A stretch of 64,000 bases of DNA from an uncultured bacterium (GTDB taxonomy: Bacteria > Patescibacteriota > Minisyncoccia > Phycocordibacterales > UBA9973), in contig CALCZP010000004.1 of NCBI GenBank assembly GCA_937903035.1, positions 181,506 through 245,505 on the forward strand, in the 5' to 3' direction. A model generated the notes under the pieces. The model saw only the letters and a list, made by a program, of their open reading frames with translations, was not told the origin of the DNA and did not search any database. The stretch's first letter is position 1; each line of letters begins with the position of its first letter. This document shows, in pieces, positions 47,200 through 56,121 of the stretch. The position numbers and the translations under genes are program-made.

Positions 47200-48648
47200 A
47201 TGACTCAACAAAACGAAACATCTTCTAATGTCATCATTATCGATGGACTATCACCAGAAGAAGGGGCAATGTCCCAAGCCTTGTACTCCAGACGACCACA
47301 GAGCATTCTCAGCCATTTGGAACAAATATGGAAAAAAGGTGCTCAAGGTTTTATGGAAACATGGTACACAGGGTACGGACATAACAGTATTGGCGATTGT
47401 GGTTCAACAACGCTTTATTTTGAACATGTAAGCATGCTGGCCGCAAAAGCAATCCAAAACAATCCGCTCTACAACGGACAAGAAGCGAGTACTCGTTACT
47501 TGGATTTCGCCGGTAGAATGATGGTTAATCCCCTCGCGGGCTTACCAAATGCAAAGTATTTGTACATACCAAAAGAAAATTTGAATGCTGCATCTCTAAT
47601 TGATGCTCCATCATTTTTTTCAGAAAAGTACAAAAAGTTTGCAAACGAGTCCGCAAGCGAACAAGGAAAAATTATCCAAGAAACATGGATGGCATTTTAC
47701 GAAAAAAGCATGCCGATTGTTAAAAAATATGTTGCCGAACTCAATCCAAAAAGTGATGACCAAACAGATTCTCAGTATGACAAAGCTGTAAATGCCCGTG
47801 CATTTGATATCATGCGAGGATTTATCCCCGCAGGTATGACAACTCTTGTGAGCTGGCATAGCAATATCAGGCAGCTGCGTGATAACCTTGCAATCTTGAA
47901 GTACCACCCAAGTACTGAAGTTGCGCGAATTGCAATGACTGCACTTGCCGGACTCAAAGCAGTCTATCCAGCAAGCTTTGACAAAAAAGTGTATGACAAA
48001 ACTGAAGAGTATTATCAAATGCTTGCAGAAGAGTTTTCTTATACAGAATGGGCCCTTGAACCAGAATATATAAGCAAAGGCTTTGAAATCATCGGTAATT
48101 TTGATACTGAGATAATCAAAAAAGATTTTAGGAAAGTTCTTGAAAACAGACCAGAAAAAACAATCCCACCACATCAACTAGGTAGGGCTGGTGAGATAAA
48201 TGTTTCTTTCATGATTGACTTTGGTTCATTTCGTGATGCCCAACGCCACCGCAAGGGTGTATGCATGATGCCGCTTTTGACAACAAAGTATGGATTCCAT
48301 TCATGGTATCTCGAACGACTGCCACAAGAAGTTCGTATCGAAGCTGAAAAGCTTATCGCTGAAATGGATATACTTATCAATGCTCTTCCCTGCGCAGACG
48401 TTGAACGACAGTACTATATTCCAATGGGATATAAAGTTCCTGCAGATTTTACCTGGTCATTTGATCAATGTATCTATGTTGCAGAACTCCGCAGTGCGAC
48501 AACAGTTCATCCAACATTCCGTATTCACGCTCAAGCTTTGGGTAGATGGATTGAAGAAACAGTTCCTTACGCAAAACTCTATGTTGATTATTCAGAAGAC
48601 ACCTGGAGCTACAAACGAGGCTCACAAGACATCACTGAAAAACAGTAA
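47200..48648 (+). CDS. thyX: flavin-dependent thymidylate synthase, tandem-domain form
   Basis: ALYSR, YGHNSIGD, VSMLAAK, QEASTRY, FD..RGF.P in the first half; DFGSFRD.QRHR, ELRS...VHP in the second half. Confidence 0.85.
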   Translation: MTQQNETSSNVIIIDGLSPEEGAMSQALYSRRPQSILSHLEQIWKKGAQGFMETWYTGYGHNSIGDCGSTTLYFEHVSMLAAKAIQNNPLYNGQEASTRYLDFAGRMMVNPLAGLPNAKYLYIPKENLNAASLIDAPSFFSEKYKKFANESASEQGKIIQETWMAFYEKSMPIVKKYVAELNPKSDDQTDSQYDKAVNARAFDIMRGFIPAGMTTLVSWHSNIRQLRDNLAILKYHPSTEVARIAMTALAGLKAVYPASFDKKVYDKTEEYYQMLAEEFSYTEWALEPEYISKGFEIIGNFDTEIIKKDFRKVLENRPEKTIPPHQLGRAGEINVSFMIDFGSFRDAQRHRKGVCMMPLLTTKYGFHSWYLERLPQEVRIEAEKLIAEMDILINALPCADVERQYYIPMGYKVPADFTWSFDQCIYVAELRSATTVHPTFRIHAQALGRWIEETVPYAKLYVDYSEDTWSYKRGSQDITEKQ

Positions 48649-48651
48649 AAC

Positions 48652-48676
48652 AACCCCGCACTAGTGCGGGGTTTTT
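48652..48676. terminator. bidirectional terminator
   Basis: AACCCCGCAC-TA-GTGCGGGGTT. Confidence 0.75.
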
Positions 48677-48677
48677 A

Positions 48678-49163
48678 TTACTCATGAATGAATTCAGACT
48701 CTTCAATATTTTTCTGAACAATCTTAAGTTCTTCAAGAAAAAACGGGATAAGTTCCTCAATAGATTCTTTGTATCGAATAAAAGAAGTACTTCTTTTATT
48801 TACATCATACAAGGATGCACCTATGGGCAAGTGCGAAACCAGTGCATCCTTGTGGGCACACATCAGCACCCTGATACCATGCTTCTCTATTGACGTAGCA
48901 AGCTCCCACCCTAACCCGGTTGAAGGATACGATAACTCTCCAATCATGGCATGAGCATTACCAACGCATTCATGAATATCTGTGCAATATATTTCGTGCG
49001 AATCAGGCTGCTTTCCGTTTGATGCAGAATTTGCATTCCAAAAATCAAGCACCTCTATCCACTCAATGGAGCGAAGTTTGTTTTTAAATGATGCAATTTG
49101 ATCTTTGTATTCTTGTGGGGCATACGTTAATCCGCAGCCAACATACAGTTTTACAATTGTCAT
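48678..49163 (-). CDS. nucleoside 2-deoxyribosyltransferase / RCL(DNPH1)-like N-glycosidase
   Basis: KLYVGCGL, IY.TD..C, IGELSYPSTGLGWE with the catalytic Glu position of the NDT/RCL fold. Confidence 0.7.
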   Translation of the reverse strand: MTIVKLYVGCGLTYAPQEYKDQIASFKNKLRSIEWIEVLDFWNANSASNGKQPDSHEIYCTDIHECVGNAHAMIGELSYPSTGLGWELATSIEKHGIRVLMCAHKDALVSHLPIGASLYDVNKRSTSFIRYKESIEELIPFFLEELKIVQKNIEESEFIHE

Positions 49164-49247
49164 AATGTATAGTTTTAGTTTAGAGGCATACTATCCTTAA
49201 TCCAAAAAAAGTCAAAGAAAAACCCCACAATAACGCGGGGTTTTAGT

Positions 49248-49622
49248 TTACTTTTTTTCTTCATACAAAAAGAACTCTTTGTTATGGAAAACCCATACTG
49301 GAATTTGAGTTTTCTGGCTATCATACTTGCTATACCGTGAAAGCTCTGTTCGTACAATGGTTAGGCATTGTTTAATAAAAGGCTCAAGCTCGACACGGAA
49401 CACGTTTTTAGATGAACTGATTTTTATCTCCATAGATAACGTATCAGGATGCGGCATGTCACCTTGTTGAAAAACGAGGTAGATCGGACTTTTGTGTTCA
49501 ACAGCAAAGAGTGCTACCGCCATCTCGAACAACTGTTTTACAAGTGCAGCTCGCAATATCTCACGTGCCTTACTACTCATCAATACAGCGTACTTTCCGT
49601 ACGTAATTGTTATGTAGATCAT
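49248..49622 (-). CDS. hypothetical AT-rich protein
   Basis: ATG 49622. The ORF-track TTG start coincides with a TTGACT -35 box (-10 TAGTAT). Terminator at 49218-49244. Confidence 0.55.
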   Translation of the reverse strand: MIYITITYGKYAVLMSSKAREILRAALVKQLFEMAVALFAVEHKSPIYLVFQQGDMPHPDTLSMEIKISSSKNVFRVELEPFIKQCLTIVRTELSRYSKYDSQKTQIPVWVFHNKEFFLYEEKK

Positions 49623-49724
49623 AGTCCTAGGTTTTGTTTGTCCAGATACTACGCTTTGTGGGGTAAAAGTCAAAGCTCTTTACTTTCCTATAGTTTACTG
49701 TAGTGTACATAAAAACACTTAACT

Positions 49725-50234
49725 ATGATAACAATACATGTTGTTCTTGGGAGAGAAAATCGTATTTATGGACTACCCTGGATTCCAAACCTTGCAGTAT
49801 CAGAAAAGCACTACATACGACAAACAAAAGGCAATGTAGTCATTCTTTCCTACAAAATGTGGGAGTTATTTAGTAAACAAGAAAAAATCTTTAATGAAGC
49901 AAAACCTGTATTTGTCTTTGGTAAAGGCAAAGTTCCTCTACCAGAACTTCCTAAAGATGCTTCGCATTTTGAAAACATTATCCATGCTATATCTCCCTAC
50001 TACGGACTCAAAAATACAGAAATTTTTGTTCTTGGTGGAACTGAATTTTTTGAATCATTGATCCGTGATAGTGCAGTAAAGCGAATCTTCATAACTCGAA
50101 TAGATGAAGATCTTGAATCTCCTATGACGTTTGATAAGGGTCTCCTTTCAAGCTTTAGGCAGTATTATGAAGATACATGGCGTGAAAGAACTAATGAAGT
50201 ATCTGCCGTAGAATTTCAGGTCTGGGCAAAGTAA
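49725..50234 (+). CDS. dihydrofolate-reductase-like protein, degenerate
   Basis: LPW, KH..RQT.G..VI, EIFVLGG.E.F, RIFITRID match the DHFR fold, but the catalytic Asp and the MGR motif are altered. Confidence 0.7.
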   Translation: MITIHVVLGRENRIYGLPWIPNLAVSEKHYIRQTKGNVVILSYKMWELFSKQEKIFNEAKPVFVFGKGKVPLPELPKDASHFENIIHAISPYYGLKNTEIFVLGGTEFFESLIRDSAVKRIFITRIDEDLESPMTFDKGLLSSFRQYYEDTWRERTNEVSAVEFQVWAK

Positions 50235-50246
50235 GTACCTCTCCAC

Positions 50247-50276
50247 AAAAAACCGCATCATCATGATGCGGTTTTT
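50247..50276. terminator. bidirectional terminator ending rplK
   Basis: AAAAACCGCATCAT-C-ATGATGCGGTTTTT. Confidence 0.85.
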
Positions 50277-50286
50277 CTTTTTGGCA

Positions 50287-50712
50287 TTAGCCGATGATTT
50301 CGATTCCAGCTGAGCGAGCTGAGCCTTCGACGATCTTCATCGCTGCCTCAATATCGTTTGCATTGAGGTCGGGCATCTTGCGCTCTGCAATGGTGCGAAC
50401 CTGATCGCGGGTAAGCTTGCCTACCTTTGAAGTACGAGCTTTACCTGAACCTTTCTCAACACCTGCTGCTTTGAAGATGAGTGAGGTCATCGTTGGTTCG
50501 GTCACCCGAAAGTCGTATGAACGGTCATCGTAGACATCGATCTTGACACCGAGGGTTTCGCCACGCTTGTCAGCAGTCGCTGCGTTGAACTTCTGGACGA
50601 AGTCACTGATGTTTACACCAGCCTGACCGAGTGCGGGACCAAGTGGAGGCGCAGGAGTAGCCATGCCACCCATTGCGCGAAGTTTGATACGTTTGGTAAT
50701 GTTTTTTGCCAT
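50287..50712 (-). CDS. rplK: 50S ribosomal protein uL11
   Basis: ATPAPPLGPALGQ.GVNI..F...FN..T, KMPDLNA.D.EAAMK...GSARS.G. Confidence 0.98.
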   Translation of the reverse strand: MAKNITKRIKLRAMGGMATPAPPLGPALGQAGVNISDFVQKFNAATADKRGETLGVKIDVYDDRSYDFRVTEPTMTSLIFKAAGVEKGSGKARTSKVGKLTRDQVRTIAERKMPDLNANDIEAAMKIVEGSARSAGIEIIG

Positions 50713-50802
50713 ATAAATTGGGGGTTAGTGCTAATGTAGAAGCATAGCGTAACAGGGACACTATAGCATAAAAGACGTAGGTGTAAATACGACATTCCTT
50801 GC

Positions 50803-50871
50803 CGCAGTAATACTCCTGCCTGCGGAACTCGCCTATCAGCTCAGACAGTCCTCGTCAGCAGTATTACTGCG
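50803..50871 (+). repeat. dispersed hairpin element, copy 2
   Basis: Core TGCGGAACTCGCCTATCAGCTCAGACAGTCCTCG (50821-50854) inside the stem CGCAGTAATACT...AGTATTACTGCG. Confidence 0.75.
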
Positions 50872-50911
50872 CTTCGTCGTTTATACGAGATACCTGAGCA
50901 CAAACGAAACA

Positions 50912-50987
50912 AAAAGCCCGTTCCATATTGTTTGAGAAAGGGGTTGGGTGGGACTGGCCTTTCGAAGACAATATGGAACGGGCTTTT
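50912..50987 (-). terminator. long hairpin / terminator after nusG
   Basis: 20-bp perfect stem AAAAGCCCGTTCCATATTGT...ACAATATGGAACGGGCTTTT with a T-rich tail on the minus strand. Confidence 0.7.
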
Positions 50988-50996
50988 GTGAGTGAT

Positions 50997-51545
50997 TTAG
51001 AGTTTCTTGACCTGGAGGAAGTCGAGCTCAACAGGGGTCTCGCGACCAAAGAGTGATACCATGACTTTGACCTTGCCGCGCTCGCGATCAACTTCTGATA
51101 CGCGACCTTCTGAGTCCTTGAACGGACCATCATTGATAATAATGATTTCCCCTACTTCAAGGTCGATTGTGTGCTTTGCATCACCAGTATCTTCCATCTT
51201 GCCAAGGAGGTAGTCGATCTCTTTCTGCGTCAGTGGCACTGGAGTTACACCTGCACCCACAAATCCGGTCACCCGAGGCGTGTTACGAACGATGTACCAT
51301 GTATCCTCGTCCACGATCATATCCACGAGAATGTATCCAGGATATACCTTTTCTTCAACTTCAACGCGCTTGCCGCCTTTGATCTTGATTTTCTTTTCTA
51401 CGGGAACGACAACATTAAAGATTTTTTCTTGGACGCCAAGACTTTCGATACGCTGCTTGAGATTGCGAAGCACCGCATTTTCATAGCCTGAGTACGTGTG
51501 AATCGCGTACCAGTGTCGTTCACCTGTGTGTTCTTGTTTAGACAT
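50997..51545 (-). CDS. nusG: transcription factor NusG
   Basis: WYAIHTYSGYE, YPGYILV.M, VRNTPRVTGFVG, KOW motif DGPF..SEG, FGRETPVELDF.QV. Confidence 0.98.
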   Translation of the reverse strand: MSKQEHTGERHWYAIHTYSGYENAVLRNLKQRIESLGVQEKIFNVVVPVEKKIKIKGGKRVEVEEKVYPGYILVDMIVDEDTWYIVRNTPRVTGFVGAGVTPVPLTQKEIDYLLGKMEDTGDAKHTIDLEVGEIIIINDGPFKDSEGRVSEVDRERGKVKVMVSLFGRETPVELDFLQVKKL

Positions 51546-51550
51546 AGTTG

Positions 51551-51730
51551 TTATTGAATAAGACTTCGGAGCAATGCTTGGAACATGAGATCAAATCCCC
51601 CGAGCATATAGCCGAGTGCTACTGAAAATAAAATGACGACCAATGCGTACAGCAAGGCTTTGTTGCGGCTTGGCCACGTGACCTGCTTCATTTCCGCTTT
51701 TGTTTCTTTGAGAAATTGTAGTGCTTTCAT
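51551..51730 (-). CDS. secE: preprotein translocase SecE
   Basis: FLKETKAEMKQVTWPSR plus one TM; upstream of nusG. Confidence 0.92.
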   Translation of the reverse strand: MKALQFLKETKAEMKQVTWPSRNKALLYALVVILFSVALGYMLGGFDLMFQALLRSLIQ

Positions 51731-51812
51731 GGTGATTAAATCGCTCTTACTAAAAACCGCCCCGGAGGGCTGAATACACACATCATACCCTGTGTATTCT
51801 TTTTAGTCAAAT

Positions 51813-51844
51813 AAAAATCACCCTTCTACGGAAGGGTGATTTTT
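51813..51844. terminator. intrinsic terminator
   Basis: AAAAATCACCCTTC-TACG-GAAGGGTGATTTTT. Confidence 0.8.
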
Positions 51845-51862
51845 GAGTAGAAAACTTAGAAC

Positions 51863-52660
51863 TTAACGAATTTCGTAGACTACACTTACGGTAGTTTGTA
51901 CGTTCTGCACACCAACAGGAATACTTGGTGCAGCACTTCCCGCTACAGCGTCACGAGACATTTCAAGTTTTGCTGCATACGGCATTGGATAGCCACTACC
52001 TTGTTCACTAAATGACACGATACGTACAAGGTGCACACCGAGCGCTTTTGCGAGCTTCTGTGCTTCATCTTTTGCATCATCGATGGCTGCGTTACGAGCT
52101 TCACGAGCAACAGCCTTATCATCTTCAAATCCAAATGATGGACCACTCATGTCGGTTACACCGTTTGTTCCGAGGATACCAAGGACAGTCTCAACCTTGT
52201 CGAGATCTTTGATTGCAAGTGAAATGTTTTGTGACACTTCATAGCCACGAAGACTTGGATTTGACTGTGGGCATGGTGCACGGAAGCACTGTATCTGAGG
52301 ATAGTCGTACTGTGGGTATGATGTATAAGATTCAGTCTTGATGTATTTTTCTTCAAGCCCTGCATCCATCAATGCTTTTTTGATAGCATCGACTTTAGTA
52401 CTCACCGTACTCTGTGCAGTCTTGAGATCCTTTTGTTCGTTGCGAATAGAGAATGAGATCTTTGCTGTGTCAGGAGCTTTTTCTACCTTACCCTGTCCAG
52501 TCACCGTGATGGTATTCGTCGCGGAAAGACCACTTCCAATAAAGCGATGTTCCTTAAACGCATTGAGTGTAAGACCAAGGAACAAGAGTCCAAGCAAAAT
52601 GCCAAGACCAACGATAACTCTAATAATGATTGTTTGATATTTTTCGATAAATGGGTGCAT
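51863..52660 (-). CDS. SIMPL (DUF541) domain protein
   Basis: TITVTGQG.V..APD.A, GY.VSQ, AR..AI.DAK..A..LA..LGV.L. Confidence 0.88.
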   Translation of the reverse strand: MHPFIEKYQTIIIRVIVGLGILLGLLFLGLTLNAFKEHRFIGSGLSATNTITVTGQGKVEKAPDTAKISFSIRNEQKDLKTAQSTVSTKVDAIKKALMDAGLEEKYIKTESYTSYPQYDYPQIQCFRAPCPQSNPSLRGYEVSQNISLAIKDLDKVETVLGILGTNGVTDMSGPSFGFEDDKAVAREARNAAIDDAKDEAQKLAKALGVHLVRIVSFSEQGSGYPMPYAAKLEMSRDAVAGSAAPSIPVGVQNVQTTVSVVYEIR

Positions 52661-52681
52661 CTGCCTAGTATACCAGACTAC

Positions 52682-53365
52682 CTAGGCTTTTTTGTTGAGT
52701 TCGTCACCTATAAGTCTCCCATCAGCTAATGTAATAATCCGGTGACACATTGCTGCGTAGTCAGGCTCGTGGGTTACCATCACAATCGTCTGTCCATGCT
52801 TGTTGAGCTCAAGAAAGGCTTCAAGTACCGTGTGTGATGTCTCAGAGTCAAGGTTGGCGGTCGGCTCGTCAGCAAAGACAATCTTGGGGTCATGACCGAT
52901 CGCACGCGCAATGGAAACACGTTGTTGTTGTCCCCCAGAGAGCTGACTCGGAAGGTTGTGCATGCGATCAGAAAGTCCGACACGTGAGAGTGCATAGGCA
53001 GCTTTTTCGGAAGCTTTTTTCTCATCAAGACCCTGCATAAGGAGTGGCACCATAACATTTTCAAGTGCAGTAAGTGTCGGCAGGATTGCATAGTCCTGGA
53101 AAATATACCCAAGCGAGTTGAGACGAAGTCTCGTACGATCATGCTCAGAGAGGTTCACACTTTCAATACCGTCGATATAGACCTTCCCCCCAGTCGGCAT
53201 ATCAAGGAGTCCAAGCTGGTACAGGAGCGTACTTTTACCTGAACCACTACGACCAGTGATCGCCACAAACTGTCCTTCGGGAATATCAAATGAGACATCC
53301 TCCACTGCATGGATTTCAGCGTCTCCTGTTTTAAATGTTTTAAATAGATGTTCAACTTTAATCAT
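52682..53365 (-). CDS. ABC transporter ATPase (LolD/MacB-like)
   Basis: GRSGSGKST, LSGGQQQRV.IARA, ADEPTANLD, VTHE. Confidence 0.93.
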   Translation of the reverse strand: MIKVEHLFKTFKTGDAEIHAVEDVSFDIPEGQFVAITGRSGSGKSTLLYQLGLLDMPTGGKVYIDGIESVNLSEHDRTRLRLNSLGYIFQDYAILPTLTALENVMVPLLMQGLDEKKASEKAAYALSRVGLSDRMHNLPSQLSGGQQQRVSIARAIGHDPKIVFADEPTANLDSETSHTVLEAFLELNKHGQTIVMVTHEPDYAAMCHRIITLADGRLIGDELNKKA

Positions 53366-53390
53366 AAAAGTATTACTTCAAAAAAATATA

Positions 53391-54668
53391 TTATCTACCT
53401 AAAATAGCACTAAGCGTATTTTGTCTAATAACGATACGCGCCGGAATATATCCTGCGACAATCGTCGCGACGAGCAAGATCGCAGTGCGGATCAACGTAC
53501 CCGATACTGTCGCAACAAGGATACCATCAGAGAATGGAAAGTCGATCGGATGTGCAACAAAGAGCGGTTTCAAAAAGAGAAAGACAACCGCAATACCGAC
53601 CCCTGATCCTGCAAGTGCATAAAAAATAGACTGGAGTATGTATGAGACCGTGATTGCACGAGGTGTAATACCAATACCTTTCAAAATACCGATGAAGCGA
53701 CGGCGTGTGATGGCGTTCACAAAAATCACAATAAAGATTGTGATGGCAGCAACCACAAGACCGATTGATGAAATACCATTTCCAAGGATTGCAAACGTTG
53801 CTTGAATATCTTTGAGAAATTTTGGCATCGCTTCGTCATGCGTTTGCACACGTGCATGTTCACCCACCCCACTTGCAATAAGTGATGCCTTGGCAACAAT
53901 AGGATCAACCCCTGGGAGTAATCTGACAGCAATCTGGTTGGCATCGTAGTCACTACGTCCGATGAGTTTGCGGGCTTCACTATCGAGCATGATGACCGAC
54001 TGATCAAAGGTATCCACCTTGCTCGAAATGATGCCTTTCAAATAATATTCTTTGGTAATATCTCCCACTGTGAGCCTGATGCGTGAGCCTACGGTCACAT
54101 CTTTGAGTGTTTGAAATCCTGGCGCTTCGATCGGGGTGTATTTGTAGATTAAGTTCTTGCCAAGTACGATCTGGTCGCTATCTCCTGGTTCGATAAATGA
54201 ACCTTCCACCATGAACTTTGCAATATCAGAAAACGCTGCTTCGGTATCAGGATTGATACCGAGGATTGAGCCGCCTGCACCATCACGAATCTCACCTGGC
54301 TTGATCGTCGTACGGTAGTTGCTCTCAATACGAGCACTCCCTGTATACCGCACAGCGAGTCGTGAAAAGCCTGGCAATGTTTTAATGGTTGCTACCACGT
54401 CTGGTGTCTGCTCGATGTAAGGCTTATTGAGAAATGGTGAAATCAGGATATCACCGGATGAGTATTGCTTGTCCGCACTGACCGATCCTTCGATGAGACC
54501 CACCAAAATACCGGAGACCACTACGAGGTTCAAGAACGTGAGGAGCATCACAAAGATAATGAGTGATGTCGTCCAGAGACTTGCACGCTTGAGCTCACGC
54601 TTCGCAAGAAATGCCCCGACCCGGAAGTCGATCATGAGTGTCTGCCAGAATGTTCGGTGTGCTCCCAT
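53391..54668 (-). CDS. FtsX/MacB-like ABC permease
   Basis: TM1, large extracytoplasmic domain, RRR.IG.LK.IG motif, three further TMs. Confidence 0.88.
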   Translation of the reverse strand: MGAHRTFWQTLMIDFRVGAFLAKRELKRASLWTTSLIIFVMLLTFLNLVVVSGILVGLIEGSVSADKQYSSGDILISPFLNKPYIEQTPDVVATIKTLPGFSRLAVRYTGSARIESNYRTTIKPGEIRDGAGGSILGINPDTEAAFSDIAKFMVEGSFIEPGDSDQIVLGKNLIYKYTPIEAPGFQTLKDVTVGSRIRLTVGDITKEYYLKGIISSKVDTFDQSVIMLDSEARKLIGRSDYDANQIAVRLLPGVDPIVAKASLIASGVGEHARVQTHDEAMPKFLKDIQATFAILGNGISSIGLVVAAITIFIVIFVNAITRRRFIGILKGIGITPRAITVSYILQSIFYALAGSGVGIAVVFLFLKPLFVAHPIDFPFSDGILVATVSGTLIRTAILLVATIVAGYIPARIVIRQNTLSAILGR

Positions 54669-54680
54669 TACGTGGATTAA

Positions 54681-56120
54681 TTATTTTGTACTCCAGACTA
54701 CCTGGTCACCATCAGTGAGACCGCTTTTGATTTCAACCACATCACCGTCTCCACGAAGACCAACTTCCACCGTACGAGTCTCCGTTTTCTTGTGACGAGC
54801 ATCAACGAGCACATCCACGGTATAGGCACCCTCTGGTGTATGCGTGAGTGCGCGACCAGGAATGGTCAGTACTTGGGTGAGGTGCGCCGCACTGATCGTC
54901 ATATTCGCTGTCATGCCAGGACGGATGTTTTCACTGTCACGAAGGAGTGCTTTGATCTTGTAGTTGACAATACTGTCCACAATAGTAGCTGAGGGATCGA
55001 TCGATGAGATCGCCGCCTGGTACGGCTTGTTGCTGCCAAATGCATCAAACGTCACTGCCACTGGCTGCTCAAGTGAAAGCAATGCAACCGATGTTTCATT
55101 AATGTTTGCTTCGAGATAGAGGTTGGATACATCCTGAAGAACAATGACTGGCTTGAGTGCATCAGGCACTTCACCTACTTTCACATCCACCCGAGTGATC
55201 GTACCGTCTGCAGGTGCACGAAGAATAGTCTTCTCAAGCGACGCATTTGCCGCATCAACTTGTGCCTGTGCGCTCACGATATCTGCAAGCGCTGCATCAA
55301 TCTCTGGCTGACGTGCCGTTGCACGAGTGAGTGCGAGCGCTGCTTCCTTTTCTTCGACGAGTGCTTTATTGGCAGTGTAGTTTGGACCACTTTTGTTTGG
55401 GATCAAAACCTTCCAGCTTGCATCAGCATCATTTGTTTTTGATGGAAATGCAATGCGGAGTCCTTTGGCACCAAGCGGTTGTGGCAAGACATCCACATCA
55501 GCGGTTCCCTTTTCAAGACCAGTAAAGCGGACATCAGTTTTCGTAAACGTATCAAATGAAATACGATATTCCCCTTCAACATCACCCGTATACGTACCAG
55601 TGATCACCGGAGCCTGCGCTGTATCACTCGCATCCTGCGGATCAGCGATGAGATCATCGCTGTAGAGTTTGCGAAGCGCATTTTGGAGCTGCACCTTTGC
55701 AAGTGCGACTTCTTCGTTTGAATTACCCTGGAGTACCTTATCATAGCGTGCTTGTGCCGCAAGAAGTCCGCCGCGCGCACTCTGATACGTTGCACGCTCA
55801 CTCGCATTCTTTTGCGTTGCGATGATGTCACCTTTTTTAACCTTGGTGCCAACCACAACACGAAGACTATCCACCATTTTGGTTGATTCAAATGAGAGTG
55901 AGAGGTCGGTCGAACTTACGACCACTCCACTTGCTGCAACCGTGCGATCAAGATCCTGACGCTTTGCTGTCTCAGTCACAAAGTCAGCATCAGCCTTGCC
56001 ACCACCGAGGAGCACGATGAGTGCAATACCAATGAGCGCAATGATGAGTACTTTGACGCGAAGGCGACGAGCGCTCCACCATACCTTGAATCTGTTCCAG
56101 AATTCTTTGACCTTTTGCAT
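54681..56120 (-). CDS. periplasmic-adaptor (HlyD/MacA-like) protein
   Basis: V..G.KVKKGD.IA, coiled coil, LRAPADG.I, IRPGMTA, VEI.SGL..GD.V. Confidence 0.88.
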   Translation of the reverse strand: MQKVKEFWNRFKVWWSARRLRVKVLIIALIGIALIVLLGGGKADADFVTETAKRQDLDRTVAASGVVVSSTDLSLSFESTKMVDSLRVVVGTKVKKGDIIATQKNASERATYQSARGGLLAAQARYDKVLQGNSNEEVALAKVQLQNALRKLYSDDLIADPQDASDTAQAPVITGTYTGDVEGEYRISFDTFTKTDVRFTGLEKGTADVDVLPQPLGAKGLRIAFPSKTNDADASWKVLIPNKSGPNYTANKALVEEKEAALALTRATARQPEIDAALADIVSAQAQVDAANASLEKTILRAPADGTITRVDVKVGEVPDALKPVIVLQDVSNLYLEANINETSVALLSLEQPVAVTFDAFGSNKPYQAAISSIDPSATIVDSIVNYKIKALLRDSENIRPGMTANMTISAAHLTQVLTIPGRALTHTPEGAYTVDVLVDARHKKTETRTVEVGLRGDGDVVEIKSGLTDGDQVVWSTK

Positions 56121-56121
56121 A

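Noticed and set aside
49220-49665. 9-bp inverted repeat (ACCCCACAA) flanking the 49248..49622 gene as mobile-element ends
   Set aside because: Too short, part of a terminator and a promoter spacer, and no target-site duplication seen.
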